A DNA stretch of 64,000 nt from Octopus vulgaris (GCA_951406725.2 OX597825.1:11470001-11534000), one strand, 5' to 3'. Shown: positions 1 through 14,460, numbered from the stretch's first letter. The notes: generated from the letters alone by a model not told the origin. Translations and numbers: made by a program.

Positions 1-103
1 TCGTATAGTCGTACTTTGTTGATGAAAAACTATCGGATCTGCATCTATTATTCATCACGTAATTTCTTCAGGTTCGAGTTTCTCCATTATCAAAATATGT
101 GAA

Positions 104-104
<1 letters not shown>

Positions 105-134
<30 letters not shown>

Positions 135-203
135 CATACATACATACATACATACATAAATACATACATACATACATACATACATAAATACATACATACA
201 TAC

Positions 204-274
<71 letters not shown>

Positions 275-348
275 CACCACATACATACAGATGTAGCCCC
301 ACACGATCATACACATACACATGTATACATAGATAATATTTAGGTGTG

Positions 349-396
<48 letters not shown>

Positions 397-427
397 GTAA
401 ATATATACACTTACACACACACACATC

Positions 428-512
<85 letters not shown>
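105..512. repeat. Compound microsatellite (CATA)n/(CA)n/(TA)n/(TATC)n
   Basis: Direct reading. Confidence 0.97.
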
Positions 513-515
<3 letters not shown>

Positions 516-1014
516 AAGTAAACGTATACACGTAAGTTTACAACGTAAGTATTTAGTGCAATATTCAAAATAAGATTAAGTATAAGATAAACACCAACGA
601 AAAAAAAATAAATGGATGTAAAAAAAAAAATTAGAAGTCAGAAACTATTCAGAAGAGAAAGCAAAATAAACAGCACTGAATGGAAGTAAATTCTATTTTT
701 GCATGTTGCCATTTTCAGAATGGATATAAATTAAAGATAATATGATATACAGCGTGTATGAAGTCGGTGCAGTTCTATGTAGTTTACAGCAATATGAGAG
801 AATAATGTTGTAAAATATGAGACAATAGACGACTTGTTGTACACATATAGATAAATATGTTCGACAGATATAGAGGAAAATAAATAAATATGTTGGGGGG
901 GTGATTAGGTTGGTAGATAGGTAGATAGAAATACTAATAGATAGTATATGGCTGTGTAGATAGAAAGCTGAAACGCCAGAAGGGAAAGTAGTTAGGTATA
1001 TGAATGGATATTTA

Positions 1015-1095
<81 letters not shown>

Positions 1096-1102
1096 CACAT
1101 AA

Positions 1103-1133
<31 letters not shown>

Positions 1134-1181
1134 AATATATAAATACATATATGTATATATATATAAGTATATATATGTATA

Positions 1182-1239
<58 letters not shown>

Positions 1240-1989
1240 TTGTTAAATAGTGGATCCCGAGTGACAAGATTGACATAGAAGAGAGATTGATTGACTGATA
1301 CGTAGATGGATAGATAGATAAAGTGCGTAAGAAAGAGTGTGAAAGAGCAAGTGAGAGAGAGAGAGAGAGAGAGAAAAAGAGAAAGAGAGAAAGTGAGAGA
1401 AGAGAGATGGAGGTTAATAGGAAAACTGGATTTATTGTAGATAAATAGAGGAAGTGATGGATGTATAGGTGAACGCCTGTCTAGCATCTGTCTCTATCAG
1501 TCTATCTAACTTTCTACCTATGTCTTTATCTACTTACCTGTCTATTAGCTATCTATCTCTCTAACTATCGTTGTATTTCCTTAGGAAACACTTCTGGCAT
1601 ATTCTATAAAGATACAGAGATGTGACAAAATCGCCACAAAATTATCTCATTGCGTCTTATCTATCAGCAACCAAATCTGAGGTTCCTCCAACATACACCG
1701 TCTCATCTCTGTCAATTACGCTAAAATAGGCAAGAACGATAATTACATGTATATCCTTATACACACATATGTATATACATTTTAATGAATACCTTTTAAT
1801 CTAAGCTACAGCAACCGCCTCAGACTTTCAGAAACCCGAATAGAAGAGCTGTAAAGCCTCTCCTAAAGTTTAGTTTGAGTTAAGAAGAATAGTAACCACA
1901 CTATTTAATGTTGAGTGGAATCTAGCGCTAAGTCCAATACATGTAATATATGACCTTGTAATTTGCATTCGGGAGAACACTTAGCACTT

Positions 1990-2285
1990 GGCAAGTTGGC
2001 AGAAACGTTAGCATGCCGGGAGAAATGCTTAGCGGTATTTCGTCAGCCGCCACGTTCTGAGTTCAAATTCCGCCGAGGTCGAAGGATAGCGGTATTTTAG
2101 CGTCAGCCCCTTAGCCGCCACGTTCTGAGTTCAAATTCCGCCGAGGTCGACTTTACCTTTCATCCTTTCGGGCTCGATAAATTAAGTACCAGTTGCGCAC
2201 CGGGGTCGATATAATCGACTTAATCCGTTTGTCTGTCCTTGTTTGTCCCCTCTGTGTTTAGCCCCTTGTGGGTAGTAAAGAAATA
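1990..2285 (+). mobile_element. tRNA-derived SINE family A with internal duplication
   Basis: A-box/B-box-like head, TTTCATCCTTTCGGG..GATAAATTAAGTACCAG body, 16-bp TSD AGAACACTTAGCACTT (1974-1989 and 2286-2301). Confidence 0.92.
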
Positions 2286-3462
2286 AGAACACTTAGCACT
2301 TCAATGGGCTAAGAATAACTCAGTAAATAACCATTACAAAAATCATTTTCTATTGTAAACGCAGAGCTATAGAAACCTGCTGTTATCAGTGAACCGAAAC
2401 GCGACTGATGATGTGCTAAGGCCTAGTATAATGCCCTTAAGAAGGTTCTACCCAGCTTTAGACCAGCTTTGACAATGCAAATCTATGACAGACCTATTGT
2501 GTTCCTTTTTTTTCCAGTTTTCTCTTTCTGCATTGTTTAATTCAATCGAGAATTGACTGATAACTTATCTGCTATTTCAATCAGGGCTAACACTAATCTA
2601 TAGGTTCCTTAGTTGATTCCGGTTATATCACCTTTAGATTATATGGTAGTCATTGCTGAAAAAGCAAAGATGCCTCGTCCTTAAATCTTATACGTGACTT
2701 GATACAACATCTAAACCCAACTAACAATGTATGCTTGAAACACAAAACATTGTGATTTAATGTTAAGAAAACAAACGATATAACGAACGATATAAATCTT
2801 TTCCTTGATTAGAAGAGCGACAACTTACTTTACAAATAAGAAAATCTGAAACTGTTTGCAACGAGGATTGTATTATTATTGGGTTGAGTGTAGATGGTGG
2901 ATTGGATGCTTTTACGATCAGAGCGTCAGATGGAAGGCCTTGTAGTTTGTTAGGTTCTTTATCTTATATGTTCAAATCCCGTCGAAGTTAATTTTGACTT
3001 CCATTCTTTTGGGGTTAAAAAATACGAGTTAAATATGAGTGATGATGATATCGACTCAAAATCGATTGTTGGCTTTGTACCTAAATCAGAAATTAATATC
3101 ATTATTGAGTGAGAGAGCAGCACACGCCATCAGAGTGACACTGGGGTACAAATATACGAAGCCCAATATAACCATCATAACTACATGACTGATAAGGGTA
3201 CACCGGTACGGTGCATGCAACATCAACTAAATAGCATATGTGGTGCTTAATTATTATATAGTTATTAATTTTATTATTAATATTCCTTCGTAACACAGTG
3301 TAAGTAATAATGTACAGGAGTCTTTAGTCATCTGTCAAATCACAACAAAGACCTCAGACAGATAATACTTTCCTTAAGATGTGCGCTGTGCCCAGTCAAG
3401 CTGCTTTTGCAAGACATCAATCTTGCATGGTATTTCCAGTTATTATTATTACTAGTATTATT

Positions 3463-3511
<49 letters not shown>

Positions 3512-3769
3512 CTGCTAAGCATTTTGTCCGAGCTCGGACAAAATGCTTAGCAGTATTTTTTTCAAATTTTGTTTTCGCGCTCTGTTTAAATCCTGTGAAA
3601 CCGACAAGAAGAAGACAAAATAAGGTACCTATAAAATTCTAGAGTCGATATGATTCCCTCCCAAATTTATGGTTTGGTACCTGTTAAAAATTATCATTAT
3701 CAGATGTTGTATTTCGGCCTTTTACCAAAACTTGAAATCATAATTAGATGTTGTAGTGCAGAATGCGAA

Positions 3770-4015
3770 GGTGGGTGGCCTAATGGTTCCGGGGTTGCGC
3801 TTACAATCATAAAATCATGGTTTTGATTCCCGGATAGGAAAACCCCCTTTTCTCACGTTGCTGCAGTCCAGTCCGCTGTAAGGAATTTCAGGAATCGATG
3901 AGAAGTAACCCTTGCGACGGTCTGACTTCCTATCCAGGAAGGACTACTGTGTACAATCATACGCCATGGAAATCGGGTTTATATCGGCCTTATTAGTCCT
4001 ATAAATCAAGTCAGA
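3770..4015 (+). mobile_element. Old diverged tRNA-SINE-like copy
   Basis: TGGCCTAATGGTT..TTGATTCCCGG head with a downstream CCTTGCGACGG..CCTATCCAGG block. Confidence 0.45.
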
Positions 4016-5411
4016 CCTTAGTTAAATATGATAGAATAAATGGAGTGTTTGCTTGTTTTGTATTTCTCTGTGTTATTTTATGCTCTGCGATAAAATCTCT
4101 CTGGTGATCGGCTTTTATTTTTATTATTCTGCAGTCGATAATATAAATATCTGTTAAACATTGAAGTCGATCATTTAGACTGTACTCCTTCCCATATATT
4201 AAAATCTGATCTTTTTACTTGTGTCGAAATCTTTATTATTGAGAAAACGATTTTATCTGTAGAAAAATGCTAAATGCTCATACTGTAAGCATTTGCATCA
4301 TGAGAATATGCAATGTTGACTGAATTTTGGTAAATTGTAGATTAGCAGGCCCATAAAATTTTCAGATAATATATCAGAACAGTAAAACTATTGATAGAGA
4401 AATCCAGAAATTGATTCAGTCTGGAGAATTTTGCTGTTTAAAAGTTATTTAAAAATGCTTCGAGATATTTCGATTGTATTTAAATAACATTCGAATGTTT
4501 TCTTTTGACATTTGACATTTTAATGCTTCGTTCTTTTTGGTTACAAAAGACATGAAAGACTAAGTCAAAATTTACTGAAGAACACCGTTACACGTGCGCA
4601 TAGTTTGATATACAACCTTATTAATATGTTAAAAAATTACGTAATCATGTATAAGGGGTATTCTATCGATGTAGGTTTTATATAAAGTTATCGTATTTAC
4701 GATGTTACTTCTCTGAATAAGCAATGCATTTGAACACATTTTCACCACAAAGGCTAACCTGTACTGAACATGCTTGAGAGCTGAAGGAAGGAACAGCTTG
4801 TGGTGCAGTTGCATGATATGAAATCGAATTACTTTGAAGCAACAGTGGTCAGAGAAAAGGTTTGGGAGATAAGTCGTAACGAAACGAGATAAATTTAATT
4901 TAGAAGCAGCCTGTCTGTCCAGAAACTGTTCCGGATTCTCAAACCGGGAATCTGGTTCGAAGACAGCAACAGAGCGAACACATTCAGAAGAAGCCAATGA
5001 GAGAAAACTTTAACATATTTTAGAGTATTAAGTATTCCGACCATTTATGATACAGAACAATGACCAACCATATATGGACACCAATATACACACAAACATA
5101 CATACATATATATATATAAATGAATAATATATATATATATATATATATACATACAGATATGTTCCATAAATAAGGAACGAATAAACAACGGATTCTTTTA
5201 TTCTTTGACTGGTTTCAGTCATTTGATTACTGCTATGCTGGAACGCCGCCTTAAAGCATTTTCGTCGAAGAAAACGACCCCAGAACTTATTCTTTGTAAG
5301 CCTGGTACTTATTCTATCGGTCTCTTTTGCCAAACCGCTAAGTTAAGAGGACATAAACACACCAGCATCAGTTGTGAAGCGATGGTGGAGGGACAAGCAT
5401 AGACACACACA

Positions 5412-5447
<36 letters not shown>

Positions 5448-5463
5448 ATATATATTATATATA

Positions 5464-5862
5464 TGAATATGGCTAACCCATAAGGGTGGATGCTACTGTA
5501 GTTTGTAGCCCCAGGAAGATATCTCCTCCAGCTGGCTATAGACACACTATCTGTGTCCTCTCAGTATTTGTGAAGGGATCTGACTTCTCATCGACAACCA
5601 TGATTGTCACACGCTGATGAAAGGTAAACACCTTGAAACTCGGGTACGTGTGTATCATGTGTTGAAGACGGGGAGGATGACTCCCCTTCACAAATACTGA
5701 GAGGACACAGATAGTGTGTCTATAGCCAGCTGGAGGAGATATCTTCCTGGGGCTACAAACTACAGTAGCATCCACCCTTATGGGTTAGCCATATTCAAGT
5801 GGCAAATATGCATCACGATGTGTTACCGCTACTGTTTATAACTCGCTCTGAGATTTATCATT
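5464..5862 (+). mobile_element. Short non-autonomous Penelope-like element: inverted arms, HHR and 3' tail
   Basis: 5464-5577 is the reverse complement of 5684-5797 (114 bp each). The 106-bp spacer holds the HHR. About 65 nt of tail follow the right arm. (TA)n lies on both sides. Confidence 0.75.
5608..5652 (+). ncRNA. Type I hammerhead ribozyme with canonical core
   Basis: Read directly: stem I CACACG(5608-13)/CGTGTG(5647-52); core CTGATGA (5614-20); stem II AAGGT-AAAC-ACCTT; GAAA; stem III AC-TCGG-GT; GUA cleavage triad (cut after 5646). Stem I extends via CATGAT/ATCATG and CAAC/GTTG. Confidence 0.93.
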
Positions 5863-5863
5863 G

Positions 5864-5919
<56 letters not shown>

Positions 5920-6098
5920 ACGACGGGGTGATTTCACTTTCCGTCTACTAAATCCTCTCACAAGGCTTTGGTCGTCCCGAGGCTATAGTAGAAGTCACTC
6001 GCCGAAGATGGTACGCAGTGGGACTGAACCTGGAACCATATGGTTAGGAAGCAAGCTTTTTATCACACAGCTACGCTTGTGCCTAAAAAGCTATCGCC

Positions 6099-6170
6099 TA
6101 CCTCGCCCGGGAGTCGAATCCGGATCTACTGCTTAGAAGACAACCATGCTAACCGTTACACTACCGACGC
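6099..6170 (-). pseudogene. tRNA-Gly(TCC)-derived pseudogene; anticodon now reads TCT
   Basis: Minus strand GCGTCGGTAGTGTAACGGTTAGCATGGTTGTCTTCTAAGCAGTAGATCCGGATTCGACTCCCGGGCGAGGTA resembles metazoan tRNA-Gly(TCC). The acceptor stem has two G-G mismatches. A T5 run follows 10 nt downstream. Confidence 0.8.
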
Positions 6171-6453
6171 TTATATAATATACAAAGAGAAGGGTGATAG
6201 GAAAAAGAGATGAGGCTGTTGCACCTTATGAATAAAAAAAAAGGAAGCTACTCGAGAGATAATTGGTGGTGTCTAAGTCAAGAAGCTGATTAACATTCCT
6301 GGCTGTTGCTATTTCCCGTTTCTTAGGTGGCTAATGTCCATTCCATTGATGCAACCAGCAATCTCTAAAAGTGAAGAGATCCTTGCAAACAGTGAAAGAA
6401 AGATAGCTGGCAAAGGCAAACATTCAATATTTATCATGAGTTGATGATTCAAA

Positions 6454-6484
<31 letters not shown>

Positions 6485-6578
6485 ATATATGAATAAATAT
6501 AGTTTTTATCCTAATGTAGAATCTAAAAGTGATAAAACATTCGTATAACGTATAACATACAAACGCATGTACAAATAT

Positions 6579-6727
<149 letters not shown>

Positions 6728-7585
6728 GTATATGTATGTATGTATGTATGTATATATATATGTATATATATATAGTATTTATGTAAAGTATACATTGTAG
6801 CTATAAATATAATCCACGTGATAATAGCAGCGTGCCATATCAACGTTTTACAATTCTAAACTATCAGAAGTTGGAAGAGAATAACACAACCCCATATATT
6901 CCAAAGAAAGTTACACGCACGTTTTGCAAACAGACACAGACACACAGACACACACAGAGACACACACAGACTCTCACATAAAGTGGGGAAAAGTAAATTA
7001 CTCAAGATTTTGATCGTCTGTAAATTACGTAGATTTAAAATTCATAATAACAGAAATACTATGATAGGGCATTATAATCAGAATCTTTTTGTGAATTTCT
7101 AAACAAACGGTGACTGAATTGTGATGAAAGAATCGTATGAAATAATCCCAGGGAAAATATAAAGCTGAACAACAATAGAATTGTATTATTCCCACCTCTT
7201 TTTTTTTGGTTCATGAAAAACCAATTTATCTACAGTCCGTTTTTACTGTATTGAATGATAAAAATTAATGTCGGCCGTCGCTGCGTGATACATAACACTT
7301 GAATGACTTCATTGGTTCATATGATAAATTACTTTGATATGCACGCAAAAAGCGATCGATTTAATCAATGCATCGAATTCATATCAGGTACTTATTGATT
7401 ATCAGCCGAATGAAGCAAGTGACACGCTTACTTAAATACTAATCCATGCAAATTCAAGATTCACTGGTAGCACAGCAATGCTTAAATGAATCTCGGTATT
7501 CCAGGAGGTTTTGGCCTTTTGAAACGCTTGATCAGTAAATGGCAAAGTTCTGAAACACCCACTTGCTCTCATTCTTCTTCCCATG

Positions 7586-8020
<435 letters not shown>

Positions 8021-8847
8021 ACACTTATCTCTGTTTTCCCCCTCTAACATACTAAACAATAAGAAATATTTTTCCTTTCTCGTAATCGATAAATATAGAT
8101 TATTTTACGAGAACTTGAGTCTGTCATCGGTCAAGAATTAATTTAGCATCAAATATAAATAATACAATTTTCAATGATACTACTTCATAAAGCATTCATA
8201 ATATGTGCAGCTGAACTATAGAAATCAATGGTTCATATTACTGCGTTAGCCAAAAGATATAATTTTCTTTAGCCCCAGGTCATCCTTAATCAAGCAGACC
8301 TATGATCAAATACCTCTCAGTGGGATTAGAACATCTAAAGTGTATTTCCCTTTATCTAAAATTATAGGTTATATTTGGAAGAGTGCTTTGCTCCTATTTC
8401 TTGCAGGACGAAAGCACACGGAGAAGCGAAGGAGTGTTTGTGGTTGTTTCGTAAAATATTATGAGGTAACCATCACAGAAATTTATAAATTGGGTATGCA
8501 TTGTATCTACCATGTTCTAGCATTTCCTTGTCTAAAATACGCACAAACACATGCAGATACCCGGGAGCTGAAGTTGAATTAAATGATTGATAATTATCTA
8601 AATCATTCAATTCCTCAGTTACTCAAAAGTATCTAAAAATAGATAGGTAGATATAGATAGATATGTACAACCAGGAAAATAACGCAAAAGAAAAGATAAA
8701 ATGCTATTTAACGCTCACCTAAATAGTAATACACATGTTTTAACGTTTCGGATGTAAGAAGGCCGTTGACTTGCGAATTTGTAACTCTTATGTTCAAGTT
8801 TCTTTCACTAAATACTCCTTCACAATCTTCAATTCCGGCATAATATC

Positions 8848-9260
8848 TATTTCTTTACTGCTCACATGGGACTAAACACAGAGAGAACAAACAAGGACAG
8901 ACAAAGGGATTAAGTCGATTATATCGACCCCAGTGCGTAACTGGTACTTAATTTATTGACCCCGAAAGGATGAAAGGCAAAGTCGACCTCGGCGGAATTT
9001 GAACTCACAACGTAACGAGAGACGAAATACCTATTTCTTTATTACCCATAAGGGGCTAAACACAGAGGGAACAAACAAGGACAGACATAGGTATTAAGTC
9101 GATTACATCGACCCCAGTTCGTAACTGGTACTTAATTTATCGACCCCGAAAGGATGAAAGGCAAAGTCGACCTCGGCGGAATTTGAACTCACAACGTAAC
9201 GGCAGGCGAAATACCGCTAAGCATTTCGCCCGGCGTGCTAACGTTTCTGCCAGCTCGCCG
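8848..9260 (-). mobile_element. SINE family A, dimeric
   Basis: Full unit plus a repeated body; TSD GGCATAATATC. Confidence 0.92.
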
Positions 9261-9304
9261 GCATAATATCACTTTGCATGTGACTTATTCATTCACATTT
9301 GATG

Positions 9305-10830
9305 TTAGGAGATCTTTGTTAGTAGTTTCGCCATGACGTTTATGGTTCTAAACTCGGTGAAGTCTTGAGTGTTTGATTTTATTTCACGTTGGCGTCGACC
9401 TTCATTTATTACATTATATAAGTCTATCATTACTTCTAGGTTGTAGTTGCACAATGTTTTTTTTAATACTCCTACATGGATTTCATGAATTCCAGTTCCG
9501 TTTTGCCATCTTTTATTCACTATATTGTATTTTGCTCTTTTTACGATTTTATTTCAATTAGCAGCTTCGAACTGACGCACAAATACTCGGCTCTGCATTT
9601 ATTTTATGCATTGAGTCCATTGAGATGCAATACGTCCAAGACCAGTACATTTATGATTTCATCCTCCACGAAGCTAAAGAGTTCACACACACACATGTGC
9701 TGGTTATCATTATCACGTTATTATCCATTTCATTAAATTGATGCTGTTGTTAAATTCTTCGATTACTTGGTATTGATCACGCTGCCATTGTGTTTTGTCT
9801 TTCTACCTTTTCAACATGTCTGTTTATTTAAGGTGTTATACCGAATTTGTTTAGTTTTCTCTTCCTTTCTTTGTCTTCTTTCTCTCAGAATTTCAACAGT
9901 CATCCAATTTTATTCTTTTTGTTTCCTCTTTAAGTCTGTTTCCTTCAGTAATTTTTGAATGCAAGTTTTTGTCTGTTCCATTTTCTTCACTTTGTTCTTC
10001 TGCATTTCTTCTGTTTCGTTTTCATTGTGTAAATATTCATACTGGTTTCCTGTTTGCATATTATAATTCTGTTTGCATTCGGTCTACTCTGGCAAATTTA
10101 GTTTTAATTGTTCTCATCTTTTCCTCATTTACATTTTCTCAAGTTTGATTTGTAATTTAATTACCACTGGATTATTCGGATTATTGTCTGAGTCAATGTC
10201 TGCTCTAGGGCACAGTTTGTTAGTATAGAACATATCTGATGTCTTCATATCTTACAGGGGACATATGAAGACAGTATCATTGTGGAAATCGCTGTAACAG
10301 ATTGTTGGTAACTACTTAATAATTTCAACAGTATAGTTACATTTGTTATTACTTCGCCTGATTCATATCGAATGTGATATATCAATGTTTTCCTGCCAAA
10401 ATTTGCATTACTATTTTCCATTATGAATGTCTTCTTTAGCCTTTGTCTATTTTTGTATATTTATCTCTTTATCATTGTATTATTGTGTAGCAGTATGTAA
10501 AAATAAGATGTTGGCATGGAAGTTTATTCTTCTGGTTTTATTATCGTTCTCTCTAAAAATCTCCATTATCCTATTAGAACTTTTATTATGGCGTTTTTCA
10601 TTATGGTCCCTACTCCATTTTGTTACTGTTTTTCCTCAAAATAGAACGCTGCTTGAGTTTCACCTACATTTGTATTATAATCACTAGTCTATTTCAAAGA
10701 TTCCTCTGATCACAGTATTAATTTTTCCCGCTTCTTCCATAAGATTGTCAAACTTTTCTGCTTCCGAGTTCCTAGACATAAAATCTCGTTTCTAGCTTTC
10801 AGATATCAATTTCTCATAAATTCTTGCAGT
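9305..10830 (-). mobile_element. Degraded RTE-type LINE (AP endonuclease through start of RT)
   Basis: Minus-strand remnants in RTE order: AEKFDNLMEEAGKIN..GIFEID*, QNGVGTIMK, RADIDSDNNP..VVIKLQIKL, NWMTVEIL, FRTINVMAKLL. Many stops and frameshifts. Confidence 0.75.
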
Positions 10831-12621
10831 TATCAATTATCTCAGTAACTGAGGAGCTTGTCTCTCCTTCCGTGTAGTTAGTATTTGAATCAGTTGCTCC
10901 TCCAAGCTTTCTTGTCATCTCCTAAGCTATTCGTGTTTAACTAAAGCTGAGTATATCGCTGAGTCCCAGTTTATTCTATGGTCGCTGGTCACCAATACTT
11001 TTACATCTGGTGAGTGTTATAGTTGTACCAAGCATGTTATTGCGTCATACATTTAGAGTAGTTTGCTTTTATTCATCCTCTTCTTCTGCTATTCCAATTT
11101 TGATACCTGTAAGGGCAAATGTTCCCTATGTAATAGTCTTATCAAAGCTGCTATCCTTTCCGGTCTTTAGCTCGAAAGCTGAAGTATGGAGTCATGGTAA
11201 GGCTATCGAAGTGCAAGGCAGATGTTTTGAAGTCACCAGTGAAATTTCTTTAGATGTATGAGACTAGTGTTCGAAGTACATCCACTTTGATTAAGAAGTG
11301 ACGCATAATAGAGTGTCAAGGCTATTTATCCTCATGAACTTGTATGCAATGTTGACACCACTTTACTGGGCAGACAGACAACAATTAACATAGAGAGATA
11401 TAATTGGTTGAAACAAACTCAGTGAAAATAAAATGTGACTTATTCTAGTGATTAAGCAAAACGTTACTTAGACGTCCTGCAAAAACTACTTGTTTCTAAT
11501 CTACCGGTAATATCCAAATCTTTTAAATACCAGTAAAAATGAATAAAAATCGGTAGAAATGCTTAGACTCAATAAAGATTTTTGGAGGAACAATTTGTCA
11601 AACTAAGATATAAGCAAAAGTAATACAGTCCATTTTAGGTATTATTTTTAATAGTTTATCTTTGCAATGAAAGCATTCATATAGTTTAAATAAATGTCGA
11701 TGTCTTGCAAACAACTTGCACATGCAAGTGCTACCAGTCAAAAACTCCGCATACCGGAAGCCAGCAAGTGTATGGGGTCATCAAGAGAGAATGCGCACCG
11801 TTTTGGGGCCTACCTCTCGACAGCATCAATGCGCACCGGGCCCCTCACTCATATGAGGCCCCGCTTACTAGATTAATGGTTATCAAATAAAGCTCAATAT
11901 TCTTCTAGCCATCGCTCATCGTCTCTTTTTAATCAAATCCAGTCGCTAGCCTTCTCCACTGTAGTTTGGATATCGGTCATGGTGGTATTTGACTTTACGA
12001 TGAGTTAGGTCTAACGATAACATCAAAGGAAAATGGTTCAAGACTTGCTGTTAAAAATGAAGGATATTATACAATAATTCAATTGGATAACAGCTCGAAA
12101 TTATAACTGTTAGATTTCAATGTTCAGTATAGCCGCTCATGTAATAGAATAATAGCTAAAGGCTAGAAAGTTAGATCAGAGACTTGAAGTATGTAAGTAT
12201 GTATAGAGACAAATTTCAAATCAGCCATTGTAATACTCCATAATAATCATATTTAATTTTTAAATAATTTTCAGTAAATTAATTCAAATATTTGCCCTTT
12301 CACTTCATATTATTAAGCTCTACCTATTTTACCTATGTTAAAGGATTAATGTGTATGCAGCATAAATATTTGCATATCAATGGCATAAATGTTTAAACGC
12401 CATATTATCCAAAAGCTTTATAGAAAATCACAGGAGTTTAACTACCTTTGAGTCAATGATCCAAATCCAATGTAGCAACGATTACAAACGGTATAGATAA
12501 AATGGTCTCTGTAATTGCTAAAATGCATTGTGTTTCATATGTTTTTTTTTGCCGTTTTAGAAAGAAGTGGTTTAAATTCTGCTTCATATATGGCCAGTCT
12601 CTCACTCTCTCTCATGCTTTC

Positions 12622-12677
<56 letters not shown>

Positions 12678-12745
12678 GTATATATCAATATAAATATAAA
12701 TATATCTATCTATCTATCTATCTATATATATATATATATATATAA

Positions 12746-12855
<110 letters not shown>

Positions 12856-13019
12856 TGTGTGTATATATATATATATGTATATATATATATTTTTTTATGT
12901 ATATGTATGTACGCTTATGTACGGGAAAAAGTTATTTTACCCGTAAAATGCAATCTAAGAAAATTGTAAGCAAGGAATAGATAAAAGCACTCTTTCAATA
13001 TCAACAACCCCATTTACGA

Positions 13020-13021
13020 TA

Positions 13022-13058
<37 letters not shown>

Positions 13059-13060
13059 TG

Positions 13061-13130
<70 letters not shown>
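13020..13130. repeat. (AAT)n microsatellite
   Basis: Direct reading. Confidence 0.97.
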
Positions 13131-13133
<3 letters not shown>

Positions 13134-14413
13134 CACCACCACCACCACCAACAACAATAGCAGTAATAAGAAACAATAGCATAATGAAACAATTGAAATT
13201 ACTATAAAGAGCAAAAACTGAAGAAGAAAAAGGAGAAGAAAACGAAAAAAAAAACAACCTCAAAAATACCAAAAATCAGAAACAAACTACATCAATAAAA
13301 AAACAACTTCTGAAACCAAAGCAGAATCGGCAACCATTGTAATAGCAAATGCGTAAATGAAAAAAATCAAAAGTAAATAACTACAAAAAAAAAAAAAATG
13401 AAACAACAACATACAAAACACTATTTGGTATTTTTTTAATCTGATAATCTTTTAGATAGAAAAAAAAAAAATAAAAAGAAGAGAATAACGGAAAATGCAA
13501 GAAAGAACGGAGATATTTGATCTTTCTGTTGAATTCCTGATGAAAGCAAACGTTATCTTCTCGAATGGAAAGATGGGACCGCCTATAAAACGCAGGGTTT
13601 TACATCTATTTTAGATATATTGCCTTGTCATGAAAGTCTTCACCAAAATGAAAAAAAAAACCAAAAAAAACTGAACAACATTCATAGGTTGGTTCTTATT
13701 TCCGTTTTCTTAACTTCACACCCGTATATATTGTTAGATATTAGGAAAACATCAAAGCTTTATATAATTCAGAAGAAACAAAATGCTTTATGTAACACAA
13801 GAGAAAACAAGTCGCATTTCAAAAAAAGAAGAATCTCAGAAAATAAAGCCTGCCTGACATCACACGCGCCAGTTGTAAAGATATAAAGTGTTAATGTGTT
13901 TTGTTTTATCATGGAGGGAAATATGGATTAAATACTAAATATGGTAAACGATCACAAGAAAATCAATGATGATGATGATGATGTTGTTGTTGATGATGAT
14001 GATGACGAAGAAAAAGATAGTAAGAATAATAAGAATAACAGGCCTGCAAATAAGTTTGGAGAGGTAAGACGATTACATCGACTCCGGTGATCAACTGGTA
14101 TCTATTTTGTCGACACCAAAAGGATGAAAGCAAAGTCGACCTCAGCTGAATTTGAACTTAGAATTTTTTCCGGCCTGTTAACAATCCAGCCAGCTCATCG
14201 AAACATGTGTCGAAAGTAAAAAATATTTGATTACACCTGCGTTAAACTCCATTTACTTATTCATATATTATTCAAAATATTCAACGTAAACACGAAGTTT
14301 CTACCTTTATAAACAAGGAGTTACAACATCTTTACTTGTGAGATTTTTGCTACTCTGGTAACTATTTATTTATTTTTTCCGTGTTAATTGTTAACAAGGT
14401 AAAAATACACTCA

Positions 14414-14460
<47 letters not shown>

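Larger units (their letters stand above)
5192..6084 (-). mobile_element. tRNA-derived SINE family B (internal microsatellite), interrupted by the HHR element
   Basis: Tail half 5192-5415 and head half 5917-6084 match the intact copies at 30317 and 36016. Confidence 0.88.

Noticed and set aside
55-1487. Many ORFs of YI, CV, HT or LS dipeptide repeats here and throughout the window
   Set aside because: They are translations of (TA)n, (CA)n and (TATC)n microsatellites, which lack stops in some frames.
5677-5720. ATGA-N11-AAA spacing suggesting a SECIS downstream of the HHR
   Set aside because: Helix II does not pair well, and the ATGA is absent from the 39 kb homologue.
11690-11880. GC-richer segment with a small GGGCCCCTCA..TGAGGCCCC hairpin
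   Set aside because: Single occurrence in the window with no clear termini or TSD; probably a transposon fragment that I cannot classify.
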